A DNA stretch of 64,000 bases from Bispira polyomma (taxonomy: Eukaryota): NCBI GenBank assembly GCA_965649765.1, contig OZ287749.1, forward strand, positions 56,234,001 to 56,298,000, given 5' to 3'. Below the pieces are notes generated by a model that was given only the letters and a program-made list of their open reading frames with translations, had not been told where the DNA came from and searched no databases. Shown here piece after piece: positions 41,101 to 53,100 of the stretch. Both the position numbers and the translations under genes were made by a program. Position 1 is the stretch's first letter. Every line of letters begins with the position of its first letter.

Positions 41101-44100
41101 TTAATGGGTAGGGACTTGCACTTACGTTAGTATTATTGAGCTTAAGTTTTCAACAGGACTTCAAAGCTCAGGGATTCAGACATACACCAGTAAATGTTTG
41201 ATGGAGTAGGATTTAAGGTTAAGAATTATTGCTTAAAAAATCCTAAATCAAAGTTAAGTGTTAAGCTATATTTATGAAAGGTATTTAACTCACCATAATC
41301 TCATCATAATTGTACTTTCGGGCTAGTATTTAGAGAAGAGATCTGCGACATTTAAGCCACATGGATCAATTTGTTGGTTCTTCATAAGTTAGCATTCACT
41401 AAAAAGTTAAGCTGATTTTTTGTTTAACTTTACTAAAAAGAGTTAAGTTCTGTCAACTTTTGACCCAACTTGAATTCCAAACATTCAGGTAGATTTAGAT
41501 ATGTATAAAATTTTGTTGCTTTCTTTATTTCGTTTGCGATGATGACATCATAATTTGAAATATTAATAAATTAACCATAAATTGTACATTGTTTACATAG
41601 TCTTTATATTTCAATATATGATGATTGTTTTCACAGTTTTAAGATTATAACTTATGAAGAAAAGTGACTTTTTTAGTCAACCTCAAGGATCAACATCAAG
41701 TTTTGGTTAAACTTTTTGAATCAATATTTACAGATTACAAAAATGAATTTCACAATATATATCACAATAAAAAGCAAAACGAGACATATCAGCATACATT
41801 AAATTAAATATAAATTTAAAATCAACAAATTTAAAACTATAAATTTTGAGGGTTTTAGGTGCAACTTAGTTCAAACTTTATCTAGCTGGATCAAATTATT
41901 GTCTGCTGACACTACTTTTTGAATACCAATTTGATGCAAAAGACTGAGCCATTTTAAGCTTATCTTGGTCTATCATGGTGAATATGGGCCTAAATATCTA
42001 TTTCTACAAAAATATGTCCAAAAAAATCTGACTGCGCACTTCAGTTCCTTATTGAAAGCACTGTTAAAAAGCAAGGTGACAGTTCTAGGTTTTGCATTAT
42101 GTATCCAATATTAAGGTTTAAGCATCAAAATGATGATTTTTAGTATGTATGGCATCTGGAGAGAAGCAGTATTTTAACTCTAACATTCCATTTCAGCATT
42201 AAATTGAATTTTTATTAAAAACTTTACAATGATACAAATCCCACAAAATTCTTTCAGACACCTTGATTGCCAAACACAATTACCAAAACAGGAAAGGAGA
42301 AAAAACGAACAGAGAAAAAAATAGTTAAAGTAAGAAAGGTATTGAACAGAAAGGTATTCTCTTTTAATTATGTCAAAGAATTATCCCTGGTTAAACAATC
42401 ATTCTTTTCAGGGCAACAAACAGTTGCTTAAAAAGTGACTGATTGAATTGTATTATAAGAAGCTGAAAAAATATTTACCTGTTTGTTCAAATGCCGATAG
42501 CTAAATTTACCGAGTTTGCATAGTTCAAAGCTTAACAGTAAAATATTTGTGAATGTTTAGCTCAAAGTAGATTTGACAAAAAAATAGATCTATTAAGGAT
42601 AAAACTTGAAACTAGGGATAACTTTAATTGCAATTATATATATATATACGATATACGAAAAAAAGTTTTGTGTTAAAAACGGTTTTTGATTTGATTCTTA
42701 GAAATGTCTCTTATGTGGAGCTAGAGATGAGTAACTTAATTCATCACTAAATAATAAACTGAACAGCTGCTATAGCCATAGCATACACATTGAACACTAT
42801 TGTTCACTAAATTCAATTTGTTCTCTCAAAAACTACCATAAACATTTAGTTAAAATAAACACACAAAATGATATACATAACATCACTTCTACTGATTTAT
42901 CTTAACAAATACACTCACTGCAATATAGTTCACTATTTTAAGTAATGCACGCTTTTAATATACTGCCCTATACAACCGACTGACGCTTTTCCCCTGACTG
43001 ACATCCCTTCAACACAAGAGTACCTTCTTTATACATAGTTTTATTAAACTTTTTTATATACTGCCAAAATTTTCTTTTTCACAAATATTGTTTTTTTTTA
43101 TCTATCTTTCATCTAAATTGTAAATGGACATTGGAGCAAAACCTACAAAATCCTGCAGCTGAAATATGATACCCTATACTCATAGAGAGCTATAAACCAT
43201 GCAAAAGTACAATAAGCAGCACCTATCAGAATGCATGCCTCAAGAAGACACTAAAACAATACTGCACCTTTATGCCGTCTGAGTTTTCTATATCGGTGGA
43301 GCCCAGTCCGACCATGGAGTCGCTGTGTCGAGTCCGTTTCCGTGTCAAACTTACACTACTACCTACAGACAGTCCGGTGCATAGTGTTTTGACGGCTGTG
43401 TCCAGAGACTTTATTGCAGAGGTCAGGGTGGATATATCCGAACTTGTAGCCATGATGATTCAGAATTCACAAAGATGTTATGTACAGAGTAAAGTACTGT
43501 CACATACAATTCAATGTAGTTCAGATATTTAGTTTTCCTTAAGTCTGTTTATTGTTTATAATTTCTTATGGCATATGGCATATAGCCTCTAAAGTCAAGC
43601 TTGCTTGTCACACATTTACAAAATAATATATCAGTCCTCATATTGTAGTATGAATTCATCTACAATTCCAATCCCAAAGTAGAGTTTTGTACATGTATTA
43701 CTCCCAACACCAATATATGTTCTGTCTTCTGTATTCTCTACTCCTTCTCTATACTCCAAAGATCACATGATTTGTACAGTCCACATGATGTCATTTTTCC
43801 TCCCTATGTTATAATACATCAAACACACTATTTATTGTTTTAGTCCCCCAGCCCCCTTCCTTCATGTTGTCATGCTCTCAGACTGATGACAAACAGCAAT
43901 TTATCCAGACGTTTGTTAAACATAGGTAGTGTGTATGTGTGTGCACTTTGCATATTGGTATCTGAATCCAAAACAAGGAGTCCTTGGTTAGCATGAAACA
44001 ACATCAGTGGAACATCCACACTTGGTCCTCAGGACTGATGATTTGGAGGAGGAGGTGGAAGATTAAATGTATTAAATAAGTTTCCAGTCCAACTGCTAAT

Positions 44101-47100
44101 CTCTGGTCATATATAATAAAATTGTCAATCTCCACATGTGATATATTTCCTACTTTCTAGTAAAATATATGTATAATTTATATATGTGTAACTTGTTTCA
44201 GTCACGTATAATTTATTGTAAATACATATATATATATATATATTTGTAGAAAGTAGACAAGTAGAGATTGAAAATTTTACTGCAGTTATAGATATGCCGC
44301 TTGTTTCAGTTTACATGCTCGCATTCCATCTCTGCAATCACAGTTTTTTTTCAGAATTTCAGCCCAGGTGTGTATGTAAGAAAGTTGGTAGTAGACTTGC
44401 TAAAGCCAGATGCTTCGCAGAGCAAAAAAATCTGGACCAACTTTTGTACTCTGATTCCCTCCACCAGTAAACTGCCCTCTACTGCCCTCCACTGAGATGA
44501 CAAGACCTTTTATAAGTGATGTTAACCCCAAACTAAGCTAATAAAATCTGAACCAACTTTTGTACTCTGATTTCCTCCACTAGTGAACTGCCCTCTAGTA
44601 ATATGACACACGACGTATTATAAGTGATGTTTAATACAAACTAAGCTAATAAAAACCAAGAATAACTTTTTACAAAAACAAATACACTATATCCAAACAC
44701 CGGCGAAAATTGGATTCTTCAAAAGTTCAATCAAAAACAACTGCCATGTATAAAAAGGTAGACAAACTTATTAACCATGTTTTCTTTTTCTGTTGTCTAT
44801 AATTAATCATTAATTAATCTATCTCTTCTGTGTGTAGTGTTATGTTGTTATGTCCACCTACGGGTAGAGGTTTATAGAGGTTCCTTACATCCTGTGTCTT
44901 TTAGCATATGCCACACTTGTCATAGGGAAAATCCACATTGAGTGCACACACTACTACACAGTGCCATTTGTATTGATACCGATCACTGCCTCTTGCTATG
45001 TGAGTGAGTGGTGTGTGTGTGCGTCTTTAGTGTGTAGTATGCATATATGCACTAAGTCCATAGGTGACTCCTGACACCCCAACTACTTCTTAAAGGTCTA
45101 ACACATAATAACACATTCACTGATATAAAAGTGCCACGCCGCTTATTAGAGGAAAAGGCTATTGATCCAAACGCCTATTTGCTATAAATAAATGCTGTCA
45201 AATTTACCACATCCAGAGAGAGAGAGATTTCTTAATGAGCATTCTTTGAGTAAAAGCATTTACTCAGTTGAAATGGTGACAGATGGGAGAGTGGTAGCTG
45301 CTATATTCAATATGTAATATATATATATACAAATATACATATACATGGTCCAGTGCATACCATTTACATTGAGAACTTTACCCAGGTAGGGCAAAGCAAT
45401 ATGAGATGATGCCTCATTTCCCTATTTTGTAGGCAATAGAGGTTGGTATCTCTTTGGATTCAAATTGAACTATTTTGACAAAAAATGCCACTAATAATGA
45501 TTTTGCATTTAGTCCCAGACAAATGGTCAATTTGGACAAATTGGATGACTGCATAGTTATAGGGTTTAATGCTTTCAATATAGTTTCAATACATTTACTA
45601 ATACATGAAAGCGGTATAGGTTAGTTGGTCAGGATATTTCTCTATACTAAAACACCGGCCTTCAGCCAGCTAGTCAACTGCCAAAATTCCGACATGTATG
45701 ATAGAGCCCAGATTAGACCCTGACACAATAGAAGGAAGTGTAATCCTGCACCACTGTATGTTAAATACAGTTTAAAGGGGCAAATAGACCTGGCCGATTT
45801 TGCTTCCGGATCCGTCATCCGATGTCCGTTTCTGTCATCTGAATTTGCAGATTCACTACATCCCAAAACTTGGCCGATTTTTGTGATGTTCATGTTTTGA
45901 AAAAAAAATCAATGAAATAACGTCCTTAACCGATTTTCAGAATTCGGCTCCCGAAACTGAGGTGACATCCACCAGGTGTATGCTACTTCGATAATTTATT
46001 ATATTTCAATTCTTTCAGATGACGAAAACGGACATCGACGGATGACGGATTCGGAAGCACAATCGGACAGGTATATTCCCAAATTAAATGACAAGTAATC
46101 ATTGGATATTAATGTGTCATTCTAAATATCTTTCCCCATCAATAGCAACAAGTAAACAATAACCTTGGGTTTTTTACTGAAAAAGATGTAATCTAACATA
46201 ACATGACTAAAATTGTGATCCCTAATCTGTGTATGTATTATACAGTATAGTTACTAAACATAACACCGACTTCTGGTTTAAATACCTAAATGTACATGAT
46301 CATTATACATTTATTTATATATTATTAAATACTCAGTAGAGCACCTACCTTCGCGAATAAGTCACAATGCCAAAATTATGACCACTCCTCCACCTCATTT
46401 GATGTATAGGGGGTTTGTTTCTCATATATATACATATATATATAAATCTGCCGAAGAACAAACAAAAAAAAAGCAAACCAACAGACCAAAGGGCGAATTA
46501 CAAAACCTCAGGTAGGCGATACTTAATGGAATTTTGCAATTTGATTGTATGATCGTTTTTCATTAGTGTCAGAGAAAACCCCACATGAGATTAGATGTTA
46601 CCACAGAAACCATTTTATGTTTTATGTTTGGGGGCCAAAGAGTTAATGTCAACTTAAAAAACTTAACCCTATGTTATTCCTACATAATATATAATTCGAC
46701 CATCCCTTGTCCACAATAAACACGTTATTTACAAATGATGACCATCTAATCACCAAGAATCAATAAAGCATGTATATATTTGCTGTAATATTCTTGTTTG
46801 TCCAAACTCTACAGATGAACTATGATAACATCAGAGACACAGACGATATATCCTGTTGCTGTTTCCATTCATCCGTACACGTCATCCATACACATCAATG
46901 AGGCAAGATTATTTATTTTATGACATATATTCAGATTTTTTACAAGCTGTTTATTATTTTGTTCAGTATTTTAATCTAAACTTTGAATTTGATACCAAAT
47001 ACAAAACCAAATTGTTGAAGTTTGTATTTTATGTAACTTTCACCATCGATATGGTCACCCATAGTCTAATGGTTATGGAGTTGGTCTGATTATCAGAAGC

Positions 47101-50100
47101 TCCTGGGTTCTATTCCTGGTACCGGCTGCTAATTTCATTGGTTGGGTAACATCCTTGAGCAAGATGTGTACACACAGTTGCCTAGTGACTCGGATAAACA
47201 CTTAAAATTGCGGTCCTCTTTGACCTCGTCTATCCCCAGTTGCAAGATTAATACAGAGTATAAATCCGAATAAGATAAACCTTTAAAAGTTACTCTCTAA
47301 ACAAATTTTGTCGGACATGCTTAAAATACATATATGTGTATAAACAGTGTACAGTAATATATCAATGTTGATATGTACCATATGACTTATACGAGTAATT
47401 TTTTACGAGTGTATGGAAACAGGCCATTAGAGTAATCAGTTGCCTAATACACAGAACCCATCAGCTTTATTAGAACAGATGCTAAGTCTGTATATTGCCT
47501 GGAACTGTATTTGTAACCCAGTTCTGAATACATGGTCATTAATAACACCCTCATCTGCAGTAATGACTAGGTAAGTCCCAATGATTCCTTGTCACACGGA
47601 TTCACATGACATACAGGCCCTTAAAGCAAATGCCATACTCATTGTTGTTTCTTTTCCTGTACCCACGTGAAAACATTTTTTCTCTGGGGCCATGTCTATA
47701 TATATGCATCCAAGGTCACAAGCTTAAACTGTTGTTTGAACGCCAATACTACATAGTTTATTACATAAATCTCCTTATTCATGGGATTGTCCTATGCATG
47801 GTTACCATGCATTTTCAATGGAGCTTTTCAGTGATCAAGACACTCAAATATGTTTGTTATATTTTAAATACATTTGTACACAAAGATAGAGCATGGCTTA
47901 TTTTTGAGAATAGTGTTAGCTTAAGTTAGACACCCCAGACAATTCCTGGCCCTGGTCCCTAAATTCCCAGAAATATGAGTCAACACCTATATTCTAAATA
48001 AGACCATCAAGTACATATTCCTGCAGGGATTGGGCTCCAATGGGAATTCCAATGTCTTTTTGAACTGCTAGTATTATTAGTAGAGGTTATAAAACAAAAT
48101 TTTCTGAAAGTTCTATATGGGTCACATTATTTGTAATAAGGTAAACATTTACCCATAGTTTTAACTGTTTGTAATTTTTTACTAAATTGTTACNNNNNNN
48201 NNNNNNNNNNNNNNNNNNNNNNNNNNNNNNNNNNNNNNNNNNNNNNNNNNNNNNNNNNNNNNNNNNNNNNNNNNNNNNNNNNNNNNNNNNNNNNNNNNNN
48301 NNNNNNNNNNNNNNNNNNNNNNNNNNNNNNNNNNNNNNNNNNNNNNNNNNNNNNNNNNNNGCTGACATATGGAATTGGTTGGCTGACATATGGAAATCAG
48401 CACACAAACTGTCTTGCAGCAAGGATAATGGCCTTGCCTTTGGAAAAAGCAGAATTTAACAAGGGATATAACTAATGCACACAACTAATCTAATCCAAGT
48501 CTAATGAACAAATTTTGATATACTGGAACAACAAATTTTTTGACATTTTGCATTGACTCAAAACAGTTATTTTATTAAAACAGTTTTACTGGGTGGAAAA
48601 TGTGTCATTTGTATTTAGTGTTTCATCAATTTACCAGTGAAGTCCTTTGGGGGAAGCCGAGTAAATCATTCTTTATTACAAGCAGTTATTTTTGCCCGCA
48701 CGGTTTCCATGTGTATCATTGGTGGCAACTTATAGCCCAGTACCACCGGGCTTTACGTAAGCAGTCATTAAAAAAATCAATTTGCGTAGGGTTTGCGTGG
48801 TGTTGGCCGGAGCTGACATAATGTACATAAACATACATAAGCTGACGTGGGAGTTGACACACAAGCAATTTATAATTTCAAACTGAAATTTGGACATGCA
48901 AGCCAAGATTGATGCGGCAAGCCAAGTGATCAAAAATGTAGACTTGCGTACATCTATTTCTGAAAAGTGGTTTGACGTAGCCAAATGAGTGTTAACGTAA
49001 TATACATAATACAGCGTAATGATACATAGAAATTGATGTAGTATTATCTATATCAATGTAAAAAGTGTAGTCTTACAAAAGATTACGTAGAATATTGTAC
49101 TTATAACATCATAAATTATGTGATTTAATGTAATATTAGGGCCTTTAACGTGTCAATGTATGTAGTTTTATGTGTATGTGCATACAACAGCTTGCTAGTT
49201 TTCACAGGCATTGACGTACAAATGCGTGCATCTCTGCATAAGTGAACGCCTTTGACATAATAAAAAGTATAAATAAACTTCTGCTTGGGGCTTCCCACCT
49301 TTTGACTTTTGCATCAAATTTGTGCGACAGCCTTGCATGACTAACAGAGACTAAAGTAAATCCGGTGGTACTGGGATATTAAGGGTAAAATACTTTACGC
49401 ACTTTATGTTGGTTTACATGAGCTAACTAAGAAACATTAAACACTTTCTATAACATATTAGTCAAGTATAGTATTCATATATAATCACACACCGCCACCC
49501 CCACCCCCCACCCACACCCCCACCCATGAAGACATGGGTTATAGGATGACCATTTATAAACTTACACTGGGGGTAGGACTCAACGACAGATGGACCGCAA
49601 TATAAAGTGGTCACCTGAACCACTATGTGTGTTATTGTAATTATAGATACACACTGAGGTATACACAGTATATTACCAAATCTTATTCTAATACCAAGAG
49701 CACCGTTCTTGCTTATATTAAATGCACATCACACGTTCTTTCAAATAAAATATGTAGACACAGAAGGATTTATTATCCATGTCCTAAATAAGACTCAACT
49801 TGTACTGTATGCCTTGTTGTGAACACCACTGAACTACATGTATTACTAATATTTGATACAAACTTAAGTTCAGAATTTTTTTTAGAATTTTGGCATTTAG
49901 TTAGGTTTTAACATCACTTAGGTTATATTGTGTCTTAGGTCATATCACGATAGCCAGATTTAATGGTGAAGGAAGTCAGTGCTAAAGCAATGTAAACCAA
50001 CAGCCTATAGCAGGTACCTGACAAAGTTTCCCACCTGAAGGAAACAAACGGGATTGATTGGAAAACCTACTCGTGAGAGACCAGTGATTATGAATGAGAT

Positions 50101-53100
50101 GTTGTGGCTATGGTGGTCTAGAGTAAACCCTATCACCTCTCACCCTGCAGTCAAGGTTCAATTTTCAGTCATGACATGTAGTATGTGGGGAACGTTGGCA
50201 GTAGACTTGCTGAAAGTTGGTGATTTGCAGTGCAGCAAAACCTTGAGTAATTTCATGTTGGCAACTATTAAACTACCCTATATTATGCTAAGCAGTTGAA
50301 AGGGACAATAAACTTAAAATAAATGATAATCTAAAATCCTATGAGAAGTCATCTGTAAAACACTGTCTGGATTCAAATTAAGTCGAACTTTTTTTACTTT
50401 GACCGTTGACCCTCAACTTGGCAAATCTAAAAGGAAGTCACTGATATAATGAACTTACCATCTGTTTGCATTACTCTCGTCTTGTGACAGCTTACACATT
50501 ATGATTATGTTTACCATGTTGATGCACATTACCTCTGTAATGAGCTACAGGTAAACTAAATGTTAGTCATAGATGCTCCTAAAAAAAATTGTAAAGGCCC
50601 AAGGTAATTTTAAAATTGACAAACCATGCCACAAAATTCACAACATTTTTGTTTTCAGTATTGCTCGTAACAAACAACAGTTTCTTAACAGTTTATGTTG
50701 TGAATACTCTTTCAATAGACATTTCTTAACTCCAGATTGGGCCAGTAAACCTGATTAGGAGCCTTATGTTTTTTTTTATTAATTTCTTACTTATTGAAAA
50801 TTCCCCCCATCCTTACAATGGCCCTATGTGCTTTAGCTTTCCTCGTTTAGCTATGTAGAGTAGTTATTGACGTTTCACAGCCTGGATTATCCATCATATA
50901 ATAATCAGCATATCTTTTTGTGGAAATAATACATCCAGTAAATTGGCTCCCTTGTCTAACAATACCCACAATGCCAAGGGTGCACATGCTGAACTTTCTG
51001 AATTTCTGGATATATCGTTATGTTCTACAGGAAGGCATTGTAGAACACCCAAAAATAATAACTTGTAGGGTTTTTGGTTCACTGTTTACATGTGAACAAC
51101 ATCAACCAGTATGACACTTATGAGCAGTAGAGTGTTGACCTTCACCAAAGTAAATCAGTACCAAAAGGTGACAGACAAATCCTAAATCCGTCTTTCTTCT
51201 AACCTTTCTTCCTGTGCCCATCACCCTTCCATCAAATATCATGTAAATCATTTCCTTACAAACAGACAAACCAATTGACCAAATTGGTACAATCCTAATT
51301 ATTGGAGTGATCATTAAACAAGACTGAGCTGGCTCATTATGCACTCATATACAAAAATAGGGTTTTAGGCAAATGTACAGGAGTTTATACAAAGGCAACA
51401 CATTTGACTAATCATAACGTCTATATTGTACTACTACTCTAGTCACTTGTAAAATGCAACATTTTATAAATGATTTCATCAAAATGAAAATAATATTCAG
51501 CTGCTCTAGTCAAGCTTTTGCGGAGATGCAAATGTGTACACGTTATACCAAAGGATGTTATTCCGTAGGAGTATGTTATGCTGTTATGAGTCTTTACGAT
51601 TTGATTGCAATGAATCAGAGTGCTTTAAACATGAGATTAACAAAACATTGTTCAAAAAGTGAAAATGTGTAACTTTTTACAGGCTTCTTATCAGAGACGC
51701 TAGTTTTGAACATCATTACAACAATGCAGTAATTCTAAGGCTCAGTTAAAGTTGGTTCATTTGATGGCTATTTGTTTTTCTTTTGTCCCGAGATATTTAG
51801 CCTGATATTTACCATTTGAACAACAGCAATGTGTACTTGCATAATTATAGGAAATCTATGTGGAAAGTTATGTAGCATAGAAGTGAATTATTATTATTGT
51901 AGGTGTTGTTTTTTTTTTGTTTTTTTTTTTGCACATTGTATTTTCTGTCAACAGTTTATTCTAGGTTAGTCTATAAATACAGGGTAAACTTTTTCAGCAG
52001 TCTAATAATAGAATCGTAAACATATCATCAACTTATACTCCAATATTTTTTTAAAGCCTGGTCACACCTACACGTGCTATCGTCCCACAACGTAGCAAAG
52101 CAATATAACTTAAAACATGGTAGTTTTGTGTTTTGTGATGTCATTTTCATAAAATTGTGACGTTTTTGTGGCGTTTTGTGACGATGTTAGTACTTATACA
52201 TACGAAGCGGGGGCAAAAATCGAATGCTTTACTGGTAGGATATCAGTACCTACTACTACGTAGAGCTAATGTACTGCTACTTAAGGCTGCGTTCTGCTTC
52301 GTGCTGCTACCTAGTAAAATGCTCCAGGACGCATACTTCGAGTGGAGACAATCTCACTACTTACTGGGACTTCCTCGCTACCTACTACTATGTGGAGCTA
52401 CTTACTGATATGTCTCTGCTACTTTCGGAAACGTTCCGAGATGAACAAAAACAAATGTAGCATTCGGGGAGAACTGGGAGCTGTGACACGATTTATTAAA
52501 CAGTTTGAACAATCGTGACAGCAGACGAACCGAAGACGTTTCTGGAAAAATACCATCTGTCGCTCAAAATAATGATCCCCACTTTCTACTACGTTTTGAA
52601 AAGTTTATAAAATTAACACAACGTGACACAAACGTAGCTCTAGAATGTGTAGGTGTGACCAGGACATTAGCGGTGCACATTCTACGTATATCACGAATAT
52701 TTTCTGGTACACATGCCCTGGCATAGTCTACCCATAAAAAACGCATAACATTGCTCTCTCTCTCAGGGTTTTAGAAGAAAGCACATCTGTTCAAACTGGA
52801 CTACATAGCATTTTATTATTGTATTGTCATCCTTGATGACGACGGGGCTGTGATTTTTTCTACAGATCTACTTTTTGTGTTATCGTCAATGCTGCACTGT
52901 AAATGATGCTTGGCATCGATTAAAACTTTTTGTTATCATAACGTCACCATATCATTCACATAGGACATTTAAAACAAAACAAAACACTTCTGTAGACTGA
53001 GAGTTAACCAAGTTGTTAATCACAAATGCAGTTATCAAAGGCAACAGGTCATACTATATCGGAAGCTATAGCTATCTGGTAAACTATATAGCAAGCTATA

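Noticed and set aside
43272-43532. Plus-strand ORFs antisense to exons 1A and 1B (also 53446..53655)
   Set aside because: Shadow ORFs of real minus-strand exons.
48087-48484. ORFs of 90-111 aa
   Set aside because: Artefacts of translating through the N gap.
52157-52746. Cluster of ORFs as a possible transposase
   Set aside because: They lie inside a ~610 bp non-autonomous MITE, show no catalytic motifs and are not preserved in the sister copy.
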